Below are positions 49,553 to 60,544 of a stretch of DNA of 64,000 nucleotides, one piece after another; within the stretch, counting starts at the first letter, position 1, and every line of letters starts with the position of its first letter. The notes under the pieces are model-generated. The model was not told the origin of the DNA. It saw only the letters and a list, made by a program, of their open reading frames with translations, and ran no database searches. The position numbers were made by a program, and so were the translations under genes. The stretch lies in contig CAVSOU010000010.1 in assembly GCA_963729625.1 (NCBI GenBank), positions 256,001 to 320,000 of the forward strand. Reading direction: 5' to 3'. This DNA comes from an uncultured bacterium (GTDB taxonomy: Bacteria; Chloroflexota; UBA5177; JANWHV01).

Positions 49553-52500
49553 CATTGAGGAAGCCCTTGCGCGCTTGCGCGACGCCGCCGCCGAGGCCCA
49601 GGCGTGGCCGGCTATGCGCTGGAAGAAGGTGGCGGGCCCCGGGCCTGAGAGCGTGGAGCTCGTGGACGGAGTCTTCCGGGGACTGGCACTTCTGCCAGGA
49701 GAGCAGGTGACACTCGAATGCGAATACGCGCTGCCTGACGCTGTAGCCTCCACGCCGCTGAAGGGTGATGCGCTCGACGTCATGGTCTTCAGCCTGTATC
49801 CCACGGCGCTGTCCTGGGACGGCAGACCACTGCTGGATGAGCAAGTTCCGCCTGTGGCGCTAGGACCGGCCCTGGTCCGCGTCTGCTCCGACCTGCAGCC
49901 AGATCTGCCTGGGGAGCTGCGCCTGACGATCAGTCCTCCCCGCAATCAGATGACCACCTGGTGCCGGCTGTATTTCAGCACTCCGCTCCTGCGCGCGCGT
50001 TTTGCCCTTCTGGACCTGACCTGGGCGCGACTGGCGCTGGCTTTTCAGCTGGCGGTCACGCCTGTTGAGCGCGAGGCGGTGCAGAGAGCAGCCGCGCTGG
50101 TGCCGGCGCGCCCAGACCAGATGAGCGCCGAGAACCTGGCTACGCATCTTCGGGATCTGCCGCAGGCCCTCGCGCCGCTGAGCGCGCGAATCGGGGCTCT
50201 GCAGGTACACGTGGTAGGTCACTCACACATCGACATGAACTGGCTTTGGACCTGGTCCGACACGCGTGAAGTAATCAAGCGCGACGCGCAAAGCGTGCTT
50301 GCTCTCATGGATGACTACCCTGAGATGACATTTACTCACAGCCAGCCTGCGACCTATCTCGTGCTCCAACAGGAAGCGCCTGAACTCTTCGCTCGGGTGC
50401 GGGCGCGCATCCTGGAAGGCCGATGGGAGCCAGCCACAATGACCTGGGTGGAGGGCGACACCAATATGGCGTCGGGTGAGGCGTTGGCCCGACAACTGCT
50501 GGAGGGCGTCGCCTACTCACGTGAGCAACTAGGTAGCCGGCCCAACGCCTTCCTGGCGCCCGATACCTTTGGGCATGCCGGCACGCTGCCGCAGCTCGCC
50601 GTCTCCGCTGGCGCCACCGTGTATTACCACCACCGCTGCAACCCCGGCTATACGTCGCCCGAGGAGATGCTTTGGCCTGCCTATTGGTGGGAAGGTCAGG
50701 ACGGCACGCGACTTCTTGCGGTGTCCACGCCTAGCTACAACGGATTCATCACCGCGGGTGGCCTGGCCGAGGCGATGATCGCCGCCTACCGCCAGGGACA
50801 AACAGTAGCCCTGTACTTCCACGGCGTTGGCGATCATGGCGGCGGCCCAGCCCGGCGCGGCCTGGACAGACTGCGCGAATTGCAAGGTCTGCCGGCCTTC
50901 CTGAGCGCACACTGCAGCACGCTGTCTGCGTATGCCCGGGGCCTTTTGCAGTCCGGGGTTGCACTTCCGGTGCATCGGGGTGAGTCGGCTACCGTTTTCG
51001 AGGGTTGCTACACCACCCAAAGCGAGGTGAAGCGAGGCAATCGATTGGGCGAGAACCTGCTATGCACCGCCGACACCCTGGCTGCGCTCGCCGGTCTCAC
51101 GTACCCGGATATCCTGTCAGACGCCTGGCGCAGGCTACTCTTCCACCAATTCCACGATATTCTCGACGGCTCCGCCATTCACGAAGCGTACGAGTACAGC
51201 GCGGACGAATTTCGGGCTGTAAAGGCAGCAGCGGAGTCCGTTGTCGAGAGGGCGCTGGACATACTCGAGCCGGCGATGGCCGCCGCTCAGATCGCGGTAA
51301 CCAATCCGCTCGGCTGGGATCGCCATGATTTGGTGATTGCCTCGGACATGCAGGGTGAAGGTGTTGTCTGGCTTCACGGCGCTGCCGGCGACCGCACGCC
51401 GGGGCAGTTCACGGCGAAGGGCCTGTGTTTTGTGGCGAACGTTCCCGCCTTTGCGACGGTCGTGTACCAAGTCGGGTCTCCCACAGAGAACCCGCTGCCG
51501 GCCGCGATCGCCGCGGTGCCCGCGCTGGCGCCTGCCGCACTCGCCGCTCGTGACGTCGCCGCCGCACAAGCGACGGACCTTCCATACTACCGGATCGACA
51601 CGCCGCAGTTCCGGGCCTACATGCGGCGCGACGCAGGCATTTTGGTCTCACTCTTTGACAAGCGTGTTGGTCGCGAGATCGTCGGCTATGGGATGCGGCG
51701 CTACAGCGACTACCCGGATACCGCCCGCACCGACCTGGCTCTGAATGTACTGCAAATCCTGGACGAGCTCCCCCATGAAATGTCGGCCTGGCACCTGGAT
51801 GAGGTTCTGCGCGAGACGAGCCTGCTGCGCGGCGCAGCGACGCGCGTAGTGGAGTCGGGGCCAGTGCGCCTGGTCGTTGAGGTCAGGCACAGCATACGAT
51901 CGTCGACCGTCACCCAGGAGATCGCGTTTTACCACGATCTATCGCGAATCGATGTGGAAACAACCATCGATTGGCGCGAACTGGGGGGGACCGAGGCAGG
52001 CGTTGCCAACCTCAAGGTGTCCTTCACTGCGCGACTGGTGGAATCCGAGGCCTGGTTCGAGAGCCCATACGGCGCCGTTCGGCGACCGGCAGACGGCCAG
52101 GAAGTGCCTGCCCTGCGGTGGGGCGACGTCGGCGGCAAAGAGTATGGCCTGGCCATCCTCAACGACAGCCGCTACGGTTACGACGTGTTGGGCAGCCGGA
52201 TCCGTTTGAGCCTCGTACGCAGCGCCTACGACCCCGATGCGATTGCCGACCAGGGTTTGCACGCGCTGCGATACAGTATTCTCCCGCACGCAGGCGACTG
52301 GCGAGATGCGGGAGTAACGCGGCTGGCGGCTGGCTTCAACCAACCACTCATGGCGCGAGCGGTTCGCGAGCGTTCGCAAGGGTCCTTACCGCACGCTGTC
52401 ACACTCGCTTGGCGCCCGCGCCTATCCGATGGATCGGTGCTGATTGCCTGTCTCAAGCCGGCGCATCGCCGGAACGGTACAGTGATTCGTCTCTACGAAA

Positions 52501-52667
52501 GTGCCGGCAGGATGGCTGAGGCGACTCTGAGCGGCCTGCCGCCGGAGGCTCGGCTCAGCGAAATGAATATCGTCGAGGATAGCGTCGCGTCAGTGGAGCT
52601 CGTCCAGGGAACTGCGCGCCTCTTCTTCCGCCCGTGGCAGGTACGCACTCTGCTGGTCGAAGAGTGA
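49518..52667 (+). CDS. Glycoside hydrolase family 38 alpha-mannosidase
   Basis: HSHIDMNWLW, PDTFGH, GVGDHGGGP, FHDILDGS. Confidence 0.93.
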   Translation: MNREAGTYRRADIEEALARLRDAAAEAQAWPAMRWKKVAGPGPESVELVDGVFRGLALLPGEQVTLECEYALPDAVASTPLKGDALDVMVFSLYPTALSWDGRPLLDEQVPPVALGPALVRVCSDLQPDLPGELRLTISPPRNQMTTWCRLYFSTPLLRARFALLDLTWARLALAFQLAVTPVEREAVQRAAALVPARPDQMSAENLATHLRDLPQALAPLSARIGALQVHVVGHSHIDMNWLWTWSDTREVIKRDAQSVLALMDDYPEMTFTHSQPATYLVLQQEAPELFARVRARILEGRWEPATMTWVEGDTNMASGEALARQLLEGVAYSREQLGSRPNAFLAPDTFGHAGTLPQLAVSAGATVYYHHRCNPGYTSPEEMLWPAYWWEGQDGTRLLAVSTPSYNGFITAGGLAEAMIAAYRQGQTVALYFHGVGDHGGGPARRGLDRLRELQGLPAFLSAHCSTLSAYARGLLQSGVALPVHRGESATVFEGCYTTQSEVKRGNRLGENLLCTADTLAALAGLTYPDILSDAWRRLLFHQFHDILDGSAIHEAYEYSADEFRAVKAAAESVVERALDILEPAMAAAQIAVTNPLGWDRHDLVIASDMQGEGVVWLHGAAGDRTPGQFTAKGLCFVANVPAFATVVYQVGSPTENPLPAAIAAVPALAPAALAARDVAAAQATDLPYYRIDTPQFRAYMRRDAGILVSLFDKRVGREIVGYGMRRYSDYPDTARTDLALNVLQILDELPHEMSAWHLDEVLRETSLLRGAATRVVESGPVRLVVEVRHSIRSSTVTQEIAFYHDLSRIDVETTIDWRELGGTEAGVANLKVSFTARLVESEAWFESPYGAVRRPADGQEVPALRWGDVGGKEYGLAILNDSRYGYDVLGSRIRLSLVRSAYDPDAIADQGLHALRYSILPHAGDWRDAGVTRLAAGFNQPLMARAVRERSQGSLPHAVTLAWRPRLSDGSVLIACLKPAHRRNGTVIRLYESAGRMAEATLSGLPPEARLSEMNIVEDSVASVELVQGTARLFFRPWQVRTLLVEE

Positions 52668-52892
52668 GGCGCCGCCAACTGCGCTACCGACCTGCAACCC
52701 GCCTGGGCCGAGTTAGCGGACGCCACAGTGCGGGCTGCTTGGCGATCGCGTCAAACGCGCGAGAGCAACGCTCTTTCACAGGTGCGTTGCTCTGACGCGC
52801 TAGATGAGGGAAGGCCTGCCCTGACAGCCGGGACAGCTCTGGTGCAGGCCCGCCCTTTCTGCCAGCACGACAGACTGGACGTCTAGCGTATG

Positions 52893-53585
52893 CTAGCCGT
52901 TGCTTTGCGGCAAATACGGTAACAACGCGTGGGCCAGGTTGGGAAGCGGCAGAGTCTGCAGCCACACACGACCTGGGCCTGTTAGCCGAACCAGGAATAT
53001 ACCGTCCCCGCCGAACACTTTGTTGGCGATTCCTTTGATCGTCGTGATCTCGAATCGCACTCGGTCCTGGAACAATCCCACGTGGCCTGGATGGACACGC
53101 ATGGACTGGCCGGGGGCAAGGTCCAGCATGACAATCTCGCCTGACAGGCCAACCCACACAGTCGAGCTACCCTCGAGTTTCTGCAGAACGAACCCTTCCC
53201 CACCGAAGATCCCGGCGCCGAGTTTCTGGACCACCGGGTTGATCACGATGCCGGGAGTTCCTGCGAGAAAACCATGCCGGTGCACCAGGTAGCCCGATCC
53301 GGGCTCAACAGTCAGATCCAGGATCATGCCGGGCATCTTGGTGGCAAAGGTAACCGCACCGGGCCCGCCTCGTGCGGTGTATTCCGTGAGGAACAGCGTG
53401 CCGCCGCTCACCGCGCGTTTGATACTGCCGAAGATGCCCTTGGCGCCGCCGCCGGCCGTCGAGGTGTGCATCTCAATTGTATCGGTCATCCAGGACAGCT
53501 CCCCGCTGTCTGCGATGATCGTCTCCCCGTTTCCGAGCTGGATTTCCACCGCGGGCATCGTCGTACCGATGATCTTGTGCTCCAC
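52893..53585 (-). CDS. AIM24/TIGR00266 family protein
   Basis: GGEGFVLQKLEG, LTGPGRVWLQT; GGAGG RBS before GTG 53585. Confidence 0.9.
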   Translation of the reverse strand: MEHKIIGTTMPAVEIQLGNGETIIADSGELSWMTDTIEMHTSTAGGGAKGIFGSIKRAVSGGTLFLTEYTARGGPGAVTFATKMPGMILDLTVEPGSGYLVHRHGFLAGTPGIVINPVVQKLGAGIFGGEGFVLQKLEGSSTVWVGLSGEIVMLDLAPGQSMRVHPGHVGLFQDRVRFEITTIKGIANKVFGGDGIFLVRLTGPGRVWLQTLPLPNLAHALLPYLPQSNG

Positions 53586-54221
53586 GTCGCCTCCACTAGC
53601 CAGGCACTCTCGGCTGGCCACCGATTCGTGAGCTGCTCGTACGTGCAACCCCGCACCTACGACCCTGCGCTTCGGGCCCACTTACCCATCTGCCGCGCGT
53701 CGGCGGCCGCCGGTGCCGAACGCGGCAAGGAACACTTGCGCCTTTCGCAGCATACGCTATCGCCCGGTTTCTGCCCAGCAGTGGACTTCTCGGTGTGACC
53801 TGTCGAAACCAGTCGACGTGGGGGTCAGCACGATCGTATAGTCGCAGTATCACCCAAACGGGTACTGCAATGCGGCAGCTCGTATGCCAAACTGCGAAGC
53901 AAGAGTATCGCATCGCACAGGAACGCACTTCGATTCTGCCGCAACGGGTGTGCGTCACGCTCCGGGCCACGAGCACATGCACGTGGGCAACATCAGGAAA
54001 GGCTGAACATGGCGGGTTCGCTGCGAGGCTTAGGGCGTCCGCGGGTGGGTCCGAGTCCACCAGGTATTCCACGGCCGCCATCGATCGAAGACGCTGCATG
54101 GGACTGCGTTCCGCCAATCCTCTCCGAGAGTGATGACACGCTCGGATCGGCGCCGCGTCCTGCTTTCGCTTCCGTCGCCGCGGCCGCACTGCGCATGACG
54201 CGACCGCCAACTCAGGAGCCG

Positions 54222-55922
54222 ATGTCATTGCGCTGGCTCCTGCTTCCAGACGTGGTTGCGCCCGGCTTCAGCCTGCTGACAGTTTGCGTCTGGCTCACGC
54301 CCCAAACTGAAGCCCTGCGCCTGAGCACGTTGCTGAGCGCGTTGGCCCTGCTCGGCCTGGTCATCGCGCGCCAATTGGTTGCCGTGGCCCATGCCTATTC
54401 CGACCGCGTGCAGAATCAGGCCTTGGCGCAGGCCAACCAACAGCTGGCGACTATGAACCGACACCTCTACCTTCTGGCCACGACCGACTCCCTGACCGGA
54501 TTGAGCAACCGTGCAATCCTAGAGGAGAGCCTCCGTCGACGGTCGAGCGACGCCAGTCATGGCGCCCACGACGCGTTGCTTCTGCTCGACCTAGACCGTT
54601 TCAAAGAAGTGAACGATACGCTTGGCCACCGATTCGGCGACCTCTTGTTGAAGCAGATTGGGCTCCGGCTGGTTGCCGCCCTTGCCGGCAAGGGCCGCGT
54701 CGCGCGCCTCGGCGGCGACGAGTTCGCGATGGTGCTTCCGGGAGCCGACGCTGAACAGGCCTGTGTGGTGGCACGACGCTGCCTTGACGCGTTGGACGTT
54801 TCATTCACCATCGAGGGCCACACCCTTCACGCGGGCGGCAGCATTGGCGTCGCGGTCGCGCCTGAGCACGGTCGAGACATCAGTACACTGCTGCGCTGTG
54901 CGGACGTCGCCATGTACCTGGCCAAACGCCGGCATTGCGGCGTGATGACCTATACTCCGGCGGAGGACCAGTACAGCCCACAACGACTTGCGCTATCCGG
55001 CGAATTGCAGCAGGCAATTGCTCAAGGCAAGCTCTGCCTGGAATACCAGCCGATCGCTCAGCTGGCCAGCGGCGACGTGCTGCGCGTGGAAGCGCTGGTC
55101 CGGTGGCAGCATCCCAGCTTCGGTCGCGTATCGCCCGATCAGTTTGTGCCTCTGGCCGAGCAATCTGGACTGATCGTTCCGTTGACCCGTTGGGTATTGG
55201 ATACGGCCCTGCGACAGTGCCGGACCTGGCTCAACATGGGTCTGTCTATCGGCGTGGCCGTAAACGTGTCCATGCGCAATTTGCAGGACGCGCACCTTCC
55301 GGAGTTGGTTCAGGAACTGTTGCTGCGCAGCAAAGTTCCGCCCGATCGCGTGACATTGGAAATCACCGAGAGCGTGCTGATGGCTGATCCTGCGGTGACA
55401 CTCGGTGTTCTGGCCCGGCTTCACAAGCTCGGCGTCCGCATTGCAATTGACGATTTTGGCACCGGCCATTCATCGCTTGGTTACCTCAAGCGCTTGCCGG
55501 TGCACGAGCTGAAGATCGACCAGGCTTTCGTGTTGAGTCTGGCTGCGCACGATACTGCTGGCTCATCCAAAGACCGGATGATCGTGCGCTCCGTCATCGC
55601 TCTTGCCCACGCACTTGGCCTGGAGGTAGTAGCCGAAGGCGTGGAGACAGAACGAGCCTGGGAACTCCTGCGTGCGTTCCACTGCAATGCCGTGCAAGGC
55701 TTCTATCTCAGTCCGTCGCTGTCAGCCAGAGACTTCGAGACATGGCTTCGAGCGGCCGGGTCTCTCTCCTCCCGCAGCGCGCTCGCGCCGGAGGTCAGAG
55801 GGCAGGCTCTACTGCGCGTGCCGGCCTTGGCGCCTCTTCCTGCATCACCGGAAGATCAGGACCTGCGCAGACTGACTGCTCAGCTGGGCGCCTCTGAACT
55901 TGCAGTCTTCGGGCAAAGCTGA
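54222..55922 (+). CDS. Membrane GGDEF-EAL diguanylate cyclase/phosphodiesterase (start uncertain; frame open from 54009)
   Basis: DSLTGL, RLGGDEF, EALVRW, DDFGTG, EGVE, QGF all intact. Confidence 0.92.
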   Translation: MSLRWLLLPDVVAPGFSLLTVCVWLTPQTEALRLSTLLSALALLGLVIARQLVAVAHAYSDRVQNQALAQANQQLATMNRHLYLLATTDSLTGLSNRAILEESLRRRSSDASHGAHDALLLLDLDRFKEVNDTLGHRFGDLLLKQIGLRLVAALAGKGRVARLGGDEFAMVLPGADAEQACVVARRCLDALDVSFTIEGHTLHAGGSIGVAVAPEHGRDISTLLRCADVAMYLAKRRHCGVMTYTPAEDQYSPQRLALSGELQQAIAQGKLCLEYQPIAQLASGDVLRVEALVRWQHPSFGRVSPDQFVPLAEQSGLIVPLTRWVLDTALRQCRTWLNMGLSIGVAVNVSMRNLQDAHLPELVQELLLRSKVPPDRVTLEITESVLMADPAVTLGVLARLHKLGVRIAIDDFGTGHSSLGYLKRLPVHELKIDQAFVLSLAAHDTAGSSKDRMIVRSVIALAHALGLEVVAEGVETERAWELLRAFHCNAVQGFYLSPSLSARDFETWLRAAGSLSSRSALAPEVRGQALLRVPALAPLPASPEDQDLRRLTAQLGASELAVFGQS

Positions 55923-55950
55923 AGCGGACACGCCCGGACTGCATGTACGG

Positions 55951-58188
55951 TTAGGTTGGTGCATGAGTCGCCTTCGACACGCTCGGCATTGACGGATCGG
56001 GGATGTGTCCGTCATCAGTGATCGCTCGCACAATCTGTGTGGCGCTCAGTTGGCCGGTGTTCTGAAAGATCCACACAGCAGGGTGGTCGTATTCATCGAA
56101 ATCTTCGGACACCCCATCTTCCGTGTCTGTCCAGGGACCGAGCTGGGCATGTTCCGTCACGTGATAGACCAGCGTGAAGCCGAGCGCGTCCTGCACCCCC
56201 TGCTTGCTGCCCAGCAGCAGTTTGTAGAACCGCTGCATGTAGGGGTATCTGGCTCCATCATTCCAGAAGGTAGAAACAGCCCGCTCGCTGTTGATGATGT
56301 AGTACTGTGCCCGGGAGAGCCACGGCGAAAGCCGTTGAACCTTGCCGAGAGAATCGTCTTGATAGTCGATCAGGCCATCTACAGCGAAGGCCAGGAGCGT
56401 GAGAGACGCATACACGCGCCCGTTGTCGCAGCCGTTGGAGCCACCGTCGGGCTGGAGCTCGTCCGGAAAGTCCTGCAAGATGATGGCTCCGGCCGATACA
56501 TGCCGGTACATCCAGCATGCAGCCTGGTTACGAGTGAGTGGCTGGGCGTAGATGTGCTGGTAGGCGATAGCATAGAATCCCGTGAGAAACAACACCGCGC
56601 CGCCGAGTCCGTAACTGGCGCCGCGTCGCCAGCGGCCGAGCCGCGCTTGCCATCGTGAGCAGATGACTTCCATCTTTGCTGCCGTACGCAAAGTGCTCCG
56701 GTTGCTCGTCACGGGATCGTGGGACTGGACGATGACGGCTTCGGCCGGCTGAACGGCAGGCACAACCAAAGACGGCGGGCACGGTGCCGGGCACTTTGTC
56801 CTGGCACGGTCGCCGGCCATGGCCGGAACGAGCAGGGCCGCCAACACGCAGAGAGACGGAACGACTGGCTCCATGTAGCGCAGGTACTGCATGTACAGCA
56901 GTCCGGCGGCGAGAAAGTAGGTGAAGACGAAGAACGCTACCATCGCAGTCCCGCTGCGTCTCGGCAGGAAGAGCGCCACGATGAGGCACCACAGTGGTGC
57001 CAGGGTTTCAACACAAGTCAGGACAATGGTGTCGACGTGAAGTGGACCAATATTGCACTGCACGCTCGAGAGCGGAAAGCTCGCGGCGGCGAGGATGCCG
57101 CACAGAATAAGGGCCAGTCCAGCGCTTGCACCCGCGATTGCGCCTCGAAGCCACTTTCTTGCCGACAGTCGAATGATCTGCCAGGCCAGACCGGCATAGC
57201 CGAGCAGCGCCAGCGGGATGCCAAGCGAGCAGTTTGTGAGTTGTGAAAGCGGGGACAAGAGAGGTGTGTCTCCGCGCCACCTGATGGTGTAGAAAGTCAG
57301 AACGCGGCCAGTCGCGAGATCGTTCTGACTACTCAAGTCGGCTCTGAAGTCGGACCAATCGACGAACATGTAGGGTTGGAAGACGAACAGAGCCACGAGC
57401 GCGATGACCGCGAGCACTGCGCTTCGCCGGACCGTCTCCCAGCTACGGAGCCGCCCGCGCTCCTGTTGCCGCCAGAGCACGGCCATTGCAGCGATGGCGA
57501 CCAGTGGGGCCGCGGACGCCTTCGTCGCGCACGCCGCGGCCAGCCAGATGCCCAGCATCACATAGTCGCGCGCGCGGCCTTCCTGAAACAGCGTTACGCC
57601 GGCCAGCACGGTGCCCGTTGAAAACGTGCCAAGGAAGCTGTCGACGGTGGTGAAGTGGGCCAGCTGAATTGACAGGACGGCGAAACTGGCCAGGGCCGCG
57701 GCAAACAGGCCAGCGCGGTCGTCGGCAAGACGCCGGCCCAACAGGAAGACGAGAGCCACCGTGATCGTGTCGAAGGCGCCCGACAGGACGCGACCGGCGA
57801 GAATAGGATTCGCATGTTGCCAATTGCCGAATATCGAGAAGTGCGCTCCCAGCCAGCTGAGGATCGAGCTGAAGATCTTGATGAGGTACAGAGGCAACGA
57901 TCCGTAATTGAAGCCTGTATGGGGCAAAGATCCGTTCGCGACGCCGGCAAGGTTAGGTACGGCGGCAGGGTTCCACGAGCTGTTGCGATTGAACAGGTCC
58001 AGCGGGCTGCTTGGATAGCCGAGTCCGCCGACGAGGCCGCCGATGTAGTTCTCGTCGGGATGCTGGAAATTCCCCTGGCCCCAATCAAAGCCATGCATGG
58101 TGGGCCCGAAGACCCGCAACCAAAGCGCGATCGCCAGGATAACGGCAAGAACCGCATGGGCAGCGGAGAAGCGGCGCGCCAAGATCAT
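55951..58188 (-). CDS. GT-C fold membrane glycosyltransferase (GT39/ArnT-like)
   Basis: N-terminal R...HPDE, YGSLPLY, GRVLS, AHFTTVD, ATK; many TM helices. Confidence 0.85.
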   Translation of the reverse strand: MILARRFSAAHAVLAVILAIALWLRVFGPTMHGFDWGQGNFQHPDENYIGGLVGGLGYPSSPLDLFNRNSSWNPAAVPNLAGVANGSLPHTGFNYGSLPLYLIKIFSSILSWLGAHFSIFGNWQHANPILAGRVLSGAFDTITVALVFLLGRRLADDRAGLFAAALASFAVLSIQLAHFTTVDSFLGTFSTGTVLAGVTLFQEGRARDYVMLGIWLAAACATKASAAPLVAIAAMAVLWRQQERGRLRSWETVRRSAVLAVIALVALFVFQPYMFVDWSDFRADLSSQNDLATGRVLTFYTIRWRGDTPLLSPLSQLTNCSLGIPLALLGYAGLAWQIIRLSARKWLRGAIAGASAGLALILCGILAAASFPLSSVQCNIGPLHVDTIVLTCVETLAPLWCLIVALFLPRRSGTAMVAFFVFTYFLAAGLLYMQYLRYMEPVVPSLCVLAALLVPAMAGDRARTKCPAPCPPSLVVPAVQPAEAVIVQSHDPVTSNRSTLRTAAKMEVICSRWQARLGRWRRGASYGLGGAVLFLTGFYAIAYQHIYAQPLTRNQAACWMYRHVSAGAIILQDFPDELQPDGGSNGCDNGRVYASLTLLAFAVDGLIDYQDDSLGKVQRLSPWLSRAQYYIINSERAVSTFWNDGARYPYMQRFYKLLLGSKQGVQDALGFTLVYHVTEHAQLGPWTDTEDGVSEDFDEYDHPAVWIFQNTGQLSATQIVRAITDDGHIPDPSMPSVSKATHAPT

Positions 58189-58365
58189 GGAGATCAGGTT
58201 AACAGCGATGGACGGCGACGCACAGAGTGCTATCGATCGCTTCCGCGTCAGTCACGCTGTGACGGGTTGCGCGCGCCGGACACTACTGGACGACTCACCG
58301 CCATTGATCGTAGAATTCGGCGCGAGCAGTATGTTTTAGCTGCCTGCCCTGGCAGTGAGCCAACG

Positions 58366-58800
58366 ATGACTCGAGGGAGCACTGCGATGCCGCCGAATTC
58401 CTCCGCTGCATCCGACCCGCGTGCCGTTCGCAACGGCATTGTGCTCGCGGTACTTGGGCTGGTAGTCGTCGCGATCATTGTTGCGTTGATAGTAACCAGA
58501 CTGCGAGCCGGATCCTCCCTCGATCTGACAGGCGACTGGCGTGCCCAGCAGGGGCCGGTGACCGTCGAGCTGCATCTGACAGGCTCTGCAAGTCACCTTA
58601 CCGGCACGCTTGCGACCAGGAACTCCCCGGTCGCCGTCAATGGCACGGTCGTTGCCCTGGTGCATGGCAACACTGCCGATGTCACGGTGAACGCACTGGG
58701 CCAGTCACTGACAGCTACGTGCACTGTCTCGAGCAGCAAGATGTCGTGTACCGGTGCAAGCGGAAATCAAACGCTCACCCTTACCTTTACCCGACCGTAG
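58366..58800 (+). CDS. Small membrane-anchored beta-rich protein
   Basis: Single TM helix followed by LDLTGDW, alternating beta-strand pattern and two Cys. Confidence 0.72.
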   Translation: MTRGSTAMPPNSSAASDPRAVRNGIVLAVLGLVVVAIIVALIVTRLRAGSSLDLTGDWRAQQGPVTVELHLTGSASHLTGTLATRNSPVAVNGTVVALVHGNTADVTVNALGQSLTATCTVSSSKMSCTGASGNQTLTLTFTRP

Positions 58801-60412
58801 CCTGCGCCGTAGACTTGCTGACGTGGCGAGACGCGCGACTTCCGAGTAACAGAAGCGCGGGCAGCACCGCGAGGGCAGTGCCGGCCGCGGCAAGGAGGAA
58901 GGTGTCGCGCAGCACGATCACTTCCTTGGCCTGGAGCGCTATACCATAGGCATCCATGGCGCGCTTGAACTCCGCCAGCCCGGCATTGGGTGATACCCGC
59001 GGCATGGGCACACGGGCGGCAAGCTGCTGGAACCGCCAGCTACTCCAGCTGGTGAGGGCTGACAGGCCGGCCATCGTCCCGATCACCCGAGCCGTCGTGA
59101 TCAGGCTTGCCAGGACGCCACCATAGTCAAGACCGCTCACTGTCAGCGCACTGGTGGTCACTGGCGCCGCCACCAATCCGATGCCGAGGCCCGCCACTGC
59201 GGGCGGCAGCAAGGCCGGCGACTGCGGCGGACTGACCAGCCAGTCGCGCATCAACCAATATCCCAGCGTGGCTATCAGGAGGCCAATCACTGCCACCGTC
59301 CGTGGCCCCACTCGATCGCAGAGCCAGCCGCCGAGCGCCGCGCCAAGCGCCAGCAGAAGCAGATAGCGTAACAGGAGCAACCCGCCCTGGACCGGAGACA
59401 CGTCGAGTATAGTGGTGGCGTAGACGGGCACGCTGATTATCGCGACGCCGAGCGCCACGCCGACCAGGAGGTTAGTGAGACAGGCTGCAATAAAGGCCAG
59501 GCTTCGAGTCGCTGCGCGCGGCACGATTGGGAGGGGGGAACCACGCTGAATGAGCCAGAACGCCAACACCAGGGCGGCGCTAACCGCAAGAAACCATCGG
59601 TTCAGGCTGCCGCCTCCGATGTCGCTGCCGAATGCACCACTGGAGCTGCAACCGATTACGAGCGCTGCCAGCGCCAATCCGAGCACCAGGGCGCCGCGGT
59701 AGTCCACGGAGCGACTTCGCTTGGCAGCTGGGAGGCGCAAGGTCAATGGCAGGAGCAGCACGACAATCGGCAGGTTGAGCCAGAAGATCGTTCTCCAGCC
59801 CGCTTCACTGTGTTCCGTGACGAACGCTCCGTACAGCGGGCCGCAGACGCCACCAAGCTCAGCGGCGGCCGCGATGACGCCGAGCGTCAGGCCCAGCCGG
59901 GAAGCGGTGACCTGATCCGCGGCAGCGGCAAGTGCGACGGGCAGGAAGGCGCCTGCGCCGAGAGCCTGTACCGTCCGGGCCACCACCAGGACAGGTAGAG
60001 CTGTGGCCTGCGCCGCTACCATGCTCCCGCCCAGGAATATAAGCAGGGCCAGTGTCATTATTTGGCGCCGACCGTGCACGTCACTTACGGCACCCATCAA
60101 CGGCAGCACGGCTACGTAGCCGAGCAGATAGCCCGTCACCAGCCAGCCTGCTCGGTCGAATTGCAGCGCGGCGGTCTTGTGCAAGGAGAACAGCAGGATC
60201 GGCGCCCCAGTGTCGCCTAACATGCGCGGCAGCGCCGTGACGATCACATTCTGGTCCAGTGCGCCAATGAAACCGAAAGCAGCCAGGGCCATTGTCAGGA
60301 ACATCACGCCCCACGGGCGAGATACGTCCGAAGGCTGCGGCGACAGGTCGGCAGCAGACACAATACGTCCAGTCGGTACGGCGGCGCCGGCAATTCCGGG
60401 TAGACGACACAT
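58787..60412 (-). CDS. 14-TM MFS transporter, P55/Rv1410c-like (start uncertain)
   Basis: GALDQNVIVTAL, GYLLGYVAVLPLMGAVSDVHGR, ELGGVCGPLYG, WRTIFWLNLP. Confidence 0.88.
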   Translation of the reverse strand: MCRLPGIAGAAVPTGRIVSAADLSPQPSDVSRPWGVMFLTMALAAFGFIGALDQNVIVTALPRMLGDTGAPILLFSLHKTAALQFDRAGWLVTGYLLGYVAVLPLMGAVSDVHGRRQIMTLALLIFLGGSMVAAQATALPVLVVARTVQALGAGAFLPVALAAAADQVTASRLGLTLGVIAAAAELGGVCGPLYGAFVTEHSEAGWRTIFWLNLPIVVLLLPLTLRLPAAKRSRSVDYRGALVLGLALAALVIGCSSSGAFGSDIGGGSLNRWFLAVSAALVLAFWLIQRGSPLPIVPRAATRSLAFIAACLTNLLVGVALGVAIISVPVYATTILDVSPVQGGLLLLRYLLLLALGAALGGWLCDRVGPRTVAVIGLLIATLGYWLMRDWLVSPPQSPALLPPAVAGLGIGLVAAPVTTSALTVSGLDYGGVLASLITTARVIGTMAGLSALTSWSSWRFQQLAARVPMPRVSPNAGLAEFKRAMDAYGIALQAKEVIVLRDTFLLAAAGTALAVLPALLLLGSRASRHVSKSTAQATVG

Positions 60413-60516
60413 GCAAAGATACTCTATCGTGGCGGATTGCTGGCGTTTGGCTCGTTGTTACGATCCAGCGGCCCGTCATCGTGTTCCAGGCCTGCGATTT
60501 GTCTCCGGATCGCGCC

Positions 60517-60538
60517 TGGTATAATTCGCCACAGGAGG
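60517..60538 (+). promoter_or_regulatory. Extended -10 promoter and RBS of the MMPL gene
   Basis: TGgTATAAT (60517-60525), AGGAGG (60533-60538), TTG start at 60545. Confidence 0.6.
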
Positions 60539-60544
60539 GGCCAA

